56,142 bases of DNA from a virus. Lineage: Duplodnaviria > Caudoviricetes. Of this stretch, positions 24,438 to 33,331 are shown in pieces (the stretch's first letter is position 1; every line of letters begins with the position of its first letter). The translations under genes and the position numbers were made by a program. Where the stretch lies: IMG/VR virus record IMGVR_UViG_3300017910_000401, positions 1 to 56,142 of that record, one strand, 5' to 3'. Below the pieces are notes generated by a model, which did no database searches, was not told where the DNA came from, and saw nothing but the letters and a program-made list of their open reading frames with translations.

Positions 24438-26120
24438 ATGGCAACATATGTAAATGATTTAAGACTTAAAGAAATCACTACTGGTGATGAGTCTGGAACG
24501 TGGGGAACGTCTACAAATACTAATTTAGAATTAATTGCAGAAGCATTCAGTTATGGTACTGAAGCTATAACTACTAATGCAGATACTCATACTACTACTA
24601 TCGCTGATGGCGCTACTGACCCAGGCAGGTCATTATTTCTTAAATATACAGGCACATTAGATTCTGCTTGTACTATTACTATTGGTCCTAATACTGTTTC
24701 CAAGCTATGGGTAATAGAAAACGCAACTTCTGGCTCACAAAATATAATAATTAAACAGGGTTCAGGTGCTACTGTAACTATCCCTAATGGTGAAGTTAAA
24801 GCTATTTATTCTGATGGTGCTGGTGCTGGTGGTGCTATGGTAGATGCCTTTGCTAATTTAAAAGTATCAGATGCAGCACAAACTAATATAACTAGCTTAG
24901 GAACTTTAACTACTTTAACAGTTGATGACATTACAATTGATGGTTCTACTATTTCTGATGCTGCTGATTTAACTGTAGACGTTGGAGGCGATATTGTTCT
25001 AGATGCTGATGGTGGTAATGTCACATTCAAAGATGGTGGTACTGCGATTGGAGATTTTGTAAATTCATCATCTGATTTTGTTATTGAGTCTAAAGTACAA
25101 GACAAGGATATTATTTTTAAAGGCGATGATGGTGGTTCAGGAATTACTGCATTAACACTTGATATGTCAGAAGCTGGTAATGCAAGTTTCAATGGCACAG
25201 TAACAGCTAATGCTGGTCTGATTGCTGACAACATAACTATAGATGGCACTGAAATAGATTTAAGTTCAGGAGACTTATCAATAGATGTTGCTGGAAATTT
25301 ACAAATAGATGCTGATGATAATGGTGAAGTTAGATTTCTTGATGGCGGAACTCAATATGCAACTATAAAAAAAGATGGTAATAATGCTCTTTTTCAATCT
25401 ATTGTAGCTGACGGAGATTTTGTAATCCAAGGTATTGATGGTTCATCAACTATTTCTGCTGTTACTTTTGATATGTCAGAAGAAGGAAGTGCAACTTTTA
25501 ACAAAAATATTTTATTTGCAGATAATGGCAAAGCTCTATTTGGTAATGGTATAGATTTAGCTTTATTTAGTGATGGCACTCATGGATTAGTACAAACACA
25601 AAACGGAAATTTTTCTGTTGATTGTGCAAATACAATAATACTTGATGCTGATGATGGTGAAATACAATTTAAAGATGCTGGTACAGAAGTTGGTGGTATC
25701 AATATGGCAAGTTCAAATTTTGCATTTGAATCTAAAGTTTCAGACAAAGACATACTATTTAAAGGCAATGATGGTGGTAGTGAAATTACTGCCCTTACGC
25801 TTGATATGTCAGAGGCTGGAGCTGCAACTTTCAATAATAACGTCACAGCTTTTTCAGATGAAAGACTGAAAGATAATATTGAAACTCTAGAAGATAGTTT
25901 AGACAAAGTCGAACAACTTAGAGGTGTAACTTATACCAGAGATGGCAGGGAAAATATTGGTGTTATTGCTCAAGAAGTAGAAAAAATATTACCAGAAATA
26001 GTATTAACTGCTGATGATGAAATGGGTACTAAATCTGTAGATTATAGTAGAATAACTGCTGTATTAATCGAAGCTGTAAAAGATTTATCAGCTAAGGTTA
26101 AAGAGCTGGAGAATAAATAA
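24438..26120 (+). CDS. Tail fibre with C-terminal intramolecular chaperone (peptidase S74)
   Basis: TWGTSTNTNL anchor; internal repeats; SDERLKDNI...LRGVTY...GVIAQEVE...VDYSRITAVLIEAVK. Confidence 0.85.
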   Translation: MATYVNDLRLKEITTGDESGTWGTSTNTNLELIAEAFSYGTEAITTNADTHTTTIADGATDPGRSLFLKYTGTLDSACTITIGPNTVSKLWVIENATSGSQNIIIKQGSGATVTIPNGEVKAIYSDGAGAGGAMVDAFANLKVSDAAQTNITSLGTLTTLTVDDITIDGSTISDAADLTVDVGGDIVLDADGGNVTFKDGGTAIGDFVNSSSDFVIESKVQDKDIIFKGDDGGSGITALTLDMSEAGNASFNGTVTANAGLIADNITIDGTEIDLSSGDLSIDVAGNLQIDADDNGEVRFLDGGTQYATIKKDGNNALFQSIVADGDFVIQGIDGSSTISAVTFDMSEEGSATFNKNILFADNGKALFGNGIDLALFSDGTHGLVQTQNGNFSVDCANTIILDADDGEIQFKDAGTEVGGINMASSNFAFESKVSDKDILFKGNDGGSEITALTLDMSEAGAATFNNNVTAFSDERLKDNIETLEDSLDKVEQLRGVTYTRDGRENIGVIAQEVEKILPEIVLTADDEMGTKSVDYSRITAVLIEAVKDLSAKVKELENK

Positions 26121-26761
26121 TGGCATTACCTACAAGCGGAGCATTAACTTTAGACGCTATTCATGTCGAAGCTGGTGGTACAACTGGCACTACTTGTTCT
26201 TTAAACGATACTGATATAAGAGGATTGACTCCAGGTTCTGGAAAAACTATTAATAGCACTCAAGGAACAACTGTAGATTTTGACGATTTTTATGGTGCTT
26301 CATCAGGCAATAGCTTGTCTATGACAGTTGGTCATAGTGTAGTTACTACGTCTGACCAATATACTACTACAACTACATCAAGAAGAGGTTTCGTAGCAAA
26401 CAGTTTTGGAAGTATCTCTCCTACTAGCTTTAGTGGTGTTATGGGAGGTGCAACTATAACTAACTGTTTTGTTTTTGGTTCAACCATAGCGACCACTCCG
26501 ACATTACAATTATCAAGTTTTCTTGCGGGCAGCTCTATACCAAATACTAATAGTTCATTTACAAGCATGACAGTAGACGGAAGCACTGTACAAAGGTCTA
26601 ATGCAACTTACACATCATCTCAAGTTAGCACTACACATTTTGCAGTTTGGACTTGGCAAGGCTCACCTGTAGCTTCTTCTGTTAACTTGAACGCTTCTGG
26701 TGCAGGAGACTACGACCCTTTTCCAGCTAGTGGTAATACTATAACAGTAACATTTCAATAA
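26120..26761 (+). CDS. Tail fibre tip / adhesin-like protein
   Basis: MALPTSGALTLDAIHVEAGG...DFYGAS N-terminus; S/T-rich. Confidence 0.55.
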   Translation: MALPTSGALTLDAIHVEAGGTTGTTCSLNDTDIRGLTPGSGKTINSTQGTTVDFDDFYGASSGNSLSMTVGHSVVTTSDQYTTTTTSRRGFVANSFGSISPTSFSGVMGGATITNCFVFGSTIATTPTLQLSSFLAGSSIPNTNSSFTSMTVDGSTVQRSNATYTSSQVSTTHFAVWTWQGSPVASSVNLNASGAGDYDPFPASGNTITVTFQ

Positions 26762-27801
26762 TGAGTGAGATTAAATTAAAAGAAGAAGAATATTTTAGTG
26801 ATAACACAGGCATTGTCTCTGATGTTGATGAAAACAATAATAGTTTTAATAGACTGTCTTTTAGTTTTAATAATAACAAGAATGAAAAACAATATTATCA
26901 ACTTAATAAAACTGATAGCGAAAATCTTTTAATACAAAAATCCGATGGAATATATGTTGAAGAAGACGATGTAACCTATTTAATTGAGGCAAATAATGTT
27001 GATGAGTATGTAACTAGATTAAGTTTTGCTTGGAGAAATGCAACTGAAACTATTGATGTGCCTAGCGAATGGTGGGATGACGTAAAAATAGTACCAAAAA
27101 ATAGTGCTATGTGGGATGAAGTATACGTTGATAAGGAAATAGTAAAAATTGATTATTCAGCTGGTGTTACAACTCCAGAAAAAACAGAAATGGAAGCATT
27201 AACAACTAAAGTAAATGATAAGTTTCCTGGCGAGGTAGATTTTTACGACCACCCTTATAATATTATTGGAAAATATGTAGATAATCATACGATTAGACCG
27301 CCATACAAATCTAATAATACAATTACTGTTTACCATATGTATTATAAAAAAAGTTGGTTTCAAGAATTATTAACAGAATATAAGTGCCCTAACTATGACT
27401 ATAAATACTGTTTTTGGTTTGGTTTTAAATACGATTTAGATGCTGGTGAAAGATATTTTAAAGTGGTTATAAGAGATAATGATATGACCAGTAATTATCA
27501 AACTAATCCAGATTCTTTTATACCTAGACCACAATTACCACATTGCAATGAACCTTACTTTGCAAAAATATATTCTCAAGATGGCACCGAAGCAGATGAA
27601 TACGATGTTTTCTTTTCTACTACTCCAGCCATTATGAAAGAGTATTGTGAAAAAAATAGTTTAAGTTTTCCTTTTCCAGAAGATAAAGAAACAGATTGGA
27701 TTTGGACTTATGGTTTGGTTTACGATAAAAAAACTCTTGAAATAAAACAAGTAAAAGGTTACATCAAAAAAGCACAAGATGCTTCAGACTGGGTAGTATG
27801 A
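26761..27801 (+). CDS. Hypothetical protein
   Basis: 346 aa, acidic and aromatic; no motif recognised. Confidence 0.65.
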   Translation: MSEIKLKEEEYFSDNTGIVSDVDENNNSFNRLSFSFNNNKNEKQYYQLNKTDSENLLIQKSDGIYVEEDDVTYLIEANNVDEYVTRLSFAWRNATETIDVPSEWWDDVKIVPKNSAMWDEVYVDKEIVKIDYSAGVTTPEKTEMEALTTKVNDKFPGEVDFYDHPYNIIGKYVDNHTIRPPYKSNNTITVYHMYYKKSWFQELLTEYKCPNYDYKYCFWFGFKYDLDAGERYFKVVIRDNDMTSNYQTNPDSFIPRPQLPHCNEPYFAKIYSQDGTEADEYDVFFSTTPAIMKEYCEKNSLSFPFPEDKETDWIWTYGLVYDKKTLEIKQVKGYIKKAQDASDWVV

Positions 27802-28024
27802 AAACACTAGATTCTGAACTTAAAGAAATTAATAAAAAATTTAACGAAAGAATTAAAGAAGAAAAAAAATTAAGAAAAGAATACAAAAAAAAGTTTAAAA
27901 GCAAAATAAATTAATTTTAAAAATGAGGAAAAATTAATGATAAAAAAATTAAAAACATTCTTAAAAAAAATTATTGATAGCATAATTACATGGATTAATA
28001 GTTTTAGAAAAAAGGATAAAAAAG

Positions 28025-28210
28025 ATGGCAACGATTAAAGATGCTTTAAATGCAATTGAGTCACATGAAAAAGAATGCAAGGCTCTTTACAAAAGTATAG
28101 ACACAAGATTAGAGTCAGGTTCAAAAAGATTTGATAAAATAGAAACTATGCTGTGGGCAGTATATCCATTTATACTAGCTACAGTGATAACAGCAAAATT
28201 TATAGGATGA
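28025..28210 (+). CDS. Small coiled-coil protein with a C-terminal TM helix
   Basis: HEKEC..Y..I..RL.SG.KRFD motif followed by a hydrophobic tail. Confidence 0.65.
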   Translation: MATIKDALNAIESHEKECKALYKSIDTRLESGSKRFDKIETMLWAVYPFILATVITAKFIG

Positions 28211-28392
28211 GTAGACAAAAAAAATCAACAGTAAATAAAGCAGGTAACTACACAAAACCTACCATGCGTAAAAATTTATTTAATAGAATTAAAGCAGGTA
28301 GTAAAGGTGGTAAACCTGGTCAATGGTCGGCAAGAAAAGCACAGATGTTAGCTAAACAATATAAAGCAAAAGGCGGTGGCTATAAGAGTTAA
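28207..28392 (+). CDS. Small basic phage protein
   Basis: AGSKGGKPGQWSARKAQMLAKQYKAKGGGY; ATG at 28207 overlaps the previous stop. Confidence 0.65.
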   Translation: MSRQKKSTVNKAGNYTKPTMRKNLFNRIKAGSKGGKPGQWSARKAQMLAKQYKAKGGGYKS

Positions 28393-29099
28393 TGCCTTAT
28401 TTAATAAGCAACATACCCCAATTTAAATGTTGGGTAAGAAAAGAATTTACAGCTAATCATCAGAAGTATCATGGTGAGTTTATTCATGCTATTGCTATAG
28501 CAGTAAATACAATCCCTGATAGGTCGTTAAGTTTTCAAGTGGTCTTTACAGGTTGTGAGATAGATAACCACGAAGATATGCCAAATGTACATGGTGGTGC
28601 AATGTGGGCAAGAATGCCTATTCAAGCTTTAGTAGCTGACATTCCTGTTGAAGAATGGGCACTACCGATGGAAGACCATTTAGCTCAACCTTGGGATTGT
28701 GAGTCAAGACATCATTCTGTAATTACTATGGACCGAGTAAGTTCTAGTCCTTGGATAGCAAAAATAAATAATCAGTTTTATCAAGCTAAATATTTATTTA
28801 CAGTTGATTACACTGACCATCCGATAGCTGATGACCCTGCTCAACATAAACAATCTCATGTTATGTATATAACAGAAGATTGTGAGTGGAAAGGAAATAT
28901 AGTGGCTCTGCCTAATAATAGAGTTAGAGCAACTAGTCCTGCTTTATGGCGTACTGGTGAAGGTGCTCCAGACTTTATGCCTTCTCAACATTTACATTCT
29001 GCTGAAGGACACGAAAGCTACCTTGACCCATTAATTACTTTTAATAATTTATATAGCGAGGGTTTTGAAGAAGAAGATGAAGAGGAAGAGAGACCCTAA
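28392..29099 (+). CDS. Phage protein of unknown function
   Basis: GGAMWARMPI, QPWDC, YLFTVDY, QHKQSH, ALPNNR motifs. Confidence 0.7.
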   Translation: MPYLISNIPQFKCWVRKEFTANHQKYHGEFIHAIAIAVNTIPDRSLSFQVVFTGCEIDNHEDMPNVHGGAMWARMPIQALVADIPVEEWALPMEDHLAQPWDCESRHHSVITMDRVSSSPWIAKINNQFYQAKYLFTVDYTDHPIADDPAQHKQSHVMYITEDCEWKGNIVALPNNRVRATSPALWRTGEGAPDFMPSQHLHSAEGHESYLDPLITFNNLYSEGFEEEDEEEERP

Positions 29100-29364
29100 A
29101 GTAGGAACTGGAAAAAAACCCAAAGGCAGTTCTAGAAGACTATATACAGACGAAAATCCCAAAGATACAGTAAGTATTAAATATGCTACACCTGCAGATG
29201 CAAGAAAAACTGTAGCCAAAGTAAAAAAAATTAACAAACCTTTTGCTAGAAAAATACAAATTCTAACTGTCCTAGAACAGAGAGCAAAAGTACAAGGTAA
29301 AAAACAACAAGCAGCTATTGCTAAAAAAGGTAAAGAAGCTATAAGAAAAAAAGAGGGTAAATAA
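29065..29364 (+). CDS. Small basic phage protein
   Basis: LYTDENPKDTVSIKYAT motif. Confidence 0.6.
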   Translation: MKKKMKRKRDPKVGTGKKPKGSSRRLYTDENPKDTVSIKYATPADARKTVAKVKKINKPFARKIQILTVLEQRAKVQGKKQQAAIAKKGKEAIRKKEGK

Positions 29365-29606
29365 TGCCATTAAAAAAGTCACAAAGAAGTTTGAAAAAAT
29401 GGACTGGACAAGATTGGACTACACCAAGTGGTAAAAAATCTTCTGAAACTGGTGAGGTATATGCACCAAAAGCACAAATTAACAGATTAAAGTCTACCCC
29501 TAGCGGTAGAAGAAAACTTGCAGCAGCTAATAAAAAGAAAAGAGAAGCTACAAGAAAAGGTAAACAACACGCAAGACACGGCTTGCATAAAGGTAAAAGT
29601 AGATAA
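29364..29606 (+). CDS. Small basic phage protein
   Basis: SQRSLKKWTGQDWTTPSGKKS motif. Confidence 0.6.
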   Translation: MPLKKSQRSLKKWTGQDWTTPSGKKSSETGEVYAPKAQINRLKSTPSGRRKLAAANKKKREATRKGKQHARHGLHKGKSR

Positions 29607-30034
29607 TGTACGAATATGGTTGCGAAGTAGATAGAGTAGTTGATGGTGATACCATTGATGTAACTCTAGATTTAGGTTTTGATATTTTATTTAAAACTAG
29701 AGTACGTCTTTATGGCATAGATACTCCTGAATCTAGAACTAGAAATAAAGATGAAAAAGCTAGAGGAAAGTTATCTGCTAAGTTTTTACAAGATGCAATT
29801 AATACAGCAGAACAAGTTGTAATAAGAACAAAACTCAAAGATTCGAGAGGTAAATTTGGTCGTGTACTTGGAATTGTAGTATGTGATGGCAAAGATATTA
29901 ATGAAGCTATGATAGATAATTTTATGGCTGCTAAATATTTTGGACAAAGCAAATCTGCTATAGAAGCAGTACATATGGCTAATAGAACAAAACTAATAGA
30001 ATCAGGAATTTTTGTTCCTATAACAAATGAGTGA
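29606..30034 (+). CDS. Thermonuclease (SNase-like)
   Basis: VVDGDTI, RVRLYGIDTPES, GKFGRVLG. Confidence 0.88.
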   Translation: MYEYGCEVDRVVDGDTIDVTLDLGFDILFKTRVRLYGIDTPESRTRNKDEKARGKLSAKFLQDAINTAEQVVIRTKLKDSRGKFGRVLGIVVCDGKDINEAMIDNFMAAKYFGQSKSAIEAVHMANRTKLIESGIFVPITNE

Positions 30035-30377
30035 GGCAGTACAATTAATAACAGAACTAGGATTTCCAATAGCTGCAGCTTTGGGTCTTGGTATATTTGT
30101 TTGGAAACTAATAAATAGAATTATAGATGGTATGGAATCTAAAATAGATGTAGTTGATGACAAGGTAAACGAACAGTTAAAAGCTATGGAAGATAGATTA
30201 CAAACTAAATTAGATGCACAGCAAGGTATTTTAGTTGCTTTGATAGATAGAGTTAGAAGTGTAGATAATGAAATAATTAGGCAAGATACATTGTTAAAAA
30301 CAATGTTAGGTGTGCCACAACTAGTTCAAAAGGATAAAATTGCAAAAGCAGAAAGAGATGACCAGAGAAAAGACTAA
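30027..30377 (+). CDS. Membrane protein, holin candidate
   Basis: N-terminal TM helix LGFPIAAALGLGIFVW followed by a coiled coil. Confidence 0.5.
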   Translation: MSEAVQLITELGFPIAAALGLGIFVWKLINRIIDGMESKIDVVDDKVNEQLKAMEDRLQTKLDAQQGILVALIDRVRSVDNEIIRQDTLLKTMLGVPQLVQKDKIAKAERDDQRKD

Positions 30378-30840
30378 AGATATTTTAGGTAAAGTTTTGA
30401 TTTATGGATTTTTAATAACTTGTATTTTTGTTTTTGCAGATAATATTTTTGCAGACCAAATTACCCATAAATTTAAATCTCCTAGTTTTAGTGGTAATGG
30501 TACTTCTAGTCACTATCTAACTATAGAAAATCAAGAATTTAGTAGAAAGATGACTATTAAAGAAGAGCTGCAAGCTTTGCAAGATGAAATTGAAAGAGAT
30601 GCAGAGAATACAACTTTAGCTAGATGTGTAAGAAATTTAGAATCTAGAATATATGCACAATTATCAAGACAACTTGTTGATAATTTATTTGGCGAAACAC
30701 CAATGACAGAAGGTACTTTCGCATTAGAAGGCAGCACAATCTCTTATGTAAGTGATGGCATAACTATAACTTTAAATGTAACAGACGAAAATGGAACAAC
30801 GACTACTATTACTATTCCTGTCGGCTCTTTTACTTTCTAG
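30358..30840 (+). CDS. csgF: Curli assembly protein CsgF-like
   Basis: Signal peptide, then ADQITHKFKSPSFSG; LESRIYAQLSRQL; TTTITIP C-terminus. Confidence 0.8.
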   Translation: MTREKTKDILGKVLIYGFLITCIFVFADNIFADQITHKFKSPSFSGNGTSSHYLTIENQEFSRKMTIKEELQALQDEIERDAENTTLARCVRNLESRIYAQLSRQLVDNLFGETPMTEGTFALEGSTISYVSDGITITLNVTDENGTTTTITIPVGSFTF

Positions 30841-31591
30841 TTGTAGTGTATTTAAAGTAATAGAAGATACTAAAAATCAAAGATTTCTAGAAAAACAAGA
30901 TGCTAGTATTTTAGGTTTATTTTCAGAAGAATTACTAAACGTAAAGCGACCTAAAGTTAAACCTGTAATAGCTGTTTATCCAAACAGTTTTACTGACCAG
31001 ACAGGACAAAGAAAAAGTAATAGTGAGTTTGCCTTATTTTCAACAGCATTAACACAAGCTCCACAAGCATTGTTGATAAGAGCTTTAAAACATACGGCTA
31101 GAGGAGATTTTTTTATAGTAGTTGAAAGAGTTGGTTTAGATAATTTAACAAAAGAAAGACAACTAATAAGGTCAACTAGAGAAGCTGAAAACGAAAAAAA
31201 ATTAAAACCTTTATTATTTGCAGGAGTAATTATAGAGGGTGCGGTTTTAGCTTACGATAATAATTTAAAAACTGGCGGTGCTGGTGCAAGATATTTAGGT
31301 ATTGGTGCTAGCACAGAATATAGACAAGATGCAGTCACTGTCAGTTTAAGACTGGTATCTGTTTTGACAGGTGAAATATTAATTGAAGTTTTATCAGAAA
31401 AAACTATATACAGTTATGGACAATCACAGGATGTGTTTAAATTTTATGAGCTGAATACTGAATTAGTTGAAATAGAATTTGGTAATGCAGCAAATGAAAG
31501 TCCTACAATAGCACTTCAAAAAGCTATAGAAAGTGCTGTTTTAGAAATAGTGAATATTGGATATGAAAGGAGGTTTTGGTCCTATGAGTAA
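30791..31591 (+). CDS. csgG: Curli secretion channel CsgG-like lipoprotein
   Basis: Lipobox LSSC; AVY..FTDQTGQRK; VVERVGLDNLTKERQLIRSTR; GGAGARYLGIG. Confidence 0.9.
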   Translation: MEQRLLLLFLSALLLSSCSVFKVIEDTKNQRFLEKQDASILGLFSEELLNVKRPKVKPVIAVYPNSFTDQTGQRKSNSEFALFSTALTQAPQALLIRALKHTARGDFFIVVERVGLDNLTKERQLIRSTREAENEKKLKPLLFAGVIIEGAVLAYDNNLKTGGAGARYLGIGASTEYRQDAVTVSLRLVSVLTGEILIEVLSEKTIYSYGQSQDVFKFYELNTELVEIEFGNAANESPTIALQKAIESAVLEIVNIGYERRFWSYE

Positions 31592-32306
31592 CTTTTTAAA
31601 AATATTAATTTTATTTTTCACAACAGTAATTGTTGCTGATAACGAAATTTATATAGACCAGTCAGGTGCAACTGCAAACTTAGATATAGAACAGCAAGGA
31701 GGTTCTAACTTAATTGGCGGATTGCTTTCTACTGCTAATTCTTTGACTCCATTAGATTTAGATGGAAGTCTTATGACTTTAGATATAAATCAAATAGGCT
31801 CTAACAATAAATTTTTAGGAGATATTTGGGCAGATAATTACACAGGTTTTTTTTTTTTTTTTGGAGATGGCAATATCTTTACTATGCAAACTGACCCATC
31901 AAATACTTTTGGAGCAGATAATTCCAATGTAAATGTACAAGTTACAGGTAGTACAAATAATTTAACATTTAATCAAGCCACCGCAGCATTGGCTTCAAAC
32001 CTTGATTTAGATTGGATAATTCAAGGTACAGGTAACAATATTACAGCATCATTAGATATTGATGGAGCTACCAACTATATGAATATAGATGGTAATGATA
32101 ATACGATAACTTATGATGGAGATGGTACAAATGCTAGTTCAGCTGGATATTTTAATTTAGTCCACAGTGGCGGTAATCAGAGAACTTTTAATGTTACACA
32201 ACAAAGCACGCTCAATAACGACTGGCTACGCATCATTAGTAGTGGTTCTAGTGGTACTTTCTGTATCAACCAAAACGACCAAGGCACAACCACTGGATGT
32301 CAGTAG
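31584..32306 (+). CDS. Curlin-like (CsgA/CsgB-type) repeat protein
   Basis: Signal peptide; DNEIYIDQSG; repeated Q-x-G-x-x-N motifs (INQIGSNN, IIQGTGNN); AGGAGG RBS. Confidence 0.65.
   Translation: MSNFLKILILFFTTVIVADNEIYIDQSGATANLDIEQQGGSNLIGGLLSTANSLTPLDLDGSLMTLDINQIGSNNKFLGDIWADNYTGFFFFFGDGNIFTMQTDPSNTFGADNSNVNVQVTGSTNNLTFNQATAALASNLDLDWIIQGTGNNITASLDIDGATNYMNIDGNDNTITYDGDGTNASSAGYFNLVHSGGNQRTFNVTQQSTLNNDWLRIISSGSSGTFCINQNDQGTTTGCQ
31847..31862 (+). repeat. T16 homopolymer inside the curlin-like gene
   Basis: Encodes GFFFFFG, in frame. Confidence 0.85.
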
Positions 32307-33330
32307 TATAGGCGATATATCAGAATTAAATGGCAATGCACAAATAGTAAGAGATAAAACTTACGATGCAAAATTAAAATTTGCCATACAACAAAACGAT
32401 GAAGCAGTTACCAAGAATGGTCGTTTAGCTATTAAATTTTTAGATGATTCACAGGTTAAGTTAACAGAATATTCTGAATTAGTTATAAACGAATATATCT
32501 TTGACCCAAATCCTAGTAAATCTAAAATGGCATTAAAATTTACTTTAGGCACAGCTAGATTTATAACAGGAAGTTTTAATAAAATTGATAAACAAAACAT
32601 AAAGTTATCAACTCCTACAGCCAACATAGCCATAAGAGGTACGGACTTTACAGCTACTGTAGATGAATTAGGCAGAAGTTTAATAATATTATTGCCTGAT
32701 AGATTAGGATTATCTAGTGGAGAAATAGAAGTAGTCACAGCCACAGGTAGTGTTTTATTAAACAAACCTTTTCAAGCTACTACTGTTTCTGTTTTTGAAT
32801 CTGCACCGACAAAGCCTATTATTTTAGATTTATCTTTGGATGCAATAGACAATATGTTAATTGTAAATCCTCCAAAAAAAGATGAAAAATTTGTAGAAGA
32901 AGAGCAGATAAAAAAAGATACAGTTCTAGATTTTAATGATTTAGATATAGATTATTTAGATGAAGATTTTTTAGATAATGAAGAAGAATTAGAATTTACT
33001 GAATTAGATATAAATTTTTTAGATGTCAATTTTTTAGAAGATTTGTTAGATATAGTTGATGCTTTAGCTATAGAAGAAGAAGAAGATAAACTTAGTCAAG
33101 TGACAGGTATAAATTTAGTTGGTACTGAGTTGGGTCAGGACAAAGACACACAGATTACAACTTTAGTCACAGGTCAAATAATAAGTTTTAGACGTAATGT
33201 AAATCAAAATTTAAGATTAGATATTGATGGTAGTAACGCTTACACGATAATTTTTGTACAAGATGGGGTTAGCAGAACAATAAAAGTAAATGGAGGTGGT
33301 GATTCAACCATAAGCTTGAGTCAACAATAA
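32191..33330 (+). CDS. FecR-domain periplasmic protein with an acidic tail
   Basis: FLDDSQVKLTEYS, GTARF, TPTANIAIRGTDF; the start codon is uncertain and overlaps the curlin gene. Confidence 0.8.
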   Translation: MLHNKARSITTGYASLVVVLVVLSVSTKTTKAQPLDVSSIGDISELNGNAQIVRDKTYDAKLKFAIQQNDEAVTKNGRLAIKFLDDSQVKLTEYSELVINEYIFDPNPSKSKMALKFTLGTARFITGSFNKIDKQNIKLSTPTANIAIRGTDFTATVDELGRSLIILLPDRLGLSSGEIEVVTATGSVLLNKPFQATTVSVFESAPTKPIILDLSLDAIDNMLIVNPPKKDEKFVEEEQIKKDTVLDFNDLDIDYLDEDFLDNEEELEFTELDINFLDVNFLEDLLDIVDALAIEEEEDKLSQVTGINLVGTELGQDKDTQITTLVTGQIISFRRNVNQNLRLDIDGSNAYTIIFVQDGVSRTIKVNGGGDSTISLSQQ

Positions 33331-33331
33331 T

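Noticed and set aside
19295-25906. Long antisense ORFs (19295-19957, 23806-24348, 24806-25249, 25580-25906) and similar ones opposite other late genes
   Set aside because: These are shadows of codon-biased sense genes, with no RBS or recognisable motifs
24438-26761. Diversity-generating retroelement acting on the tail fibre
   Set aside because: No reverse transcriptase in the window and no adenine-specific TR/VR pair; the repeats are ordinary protein-level duplications
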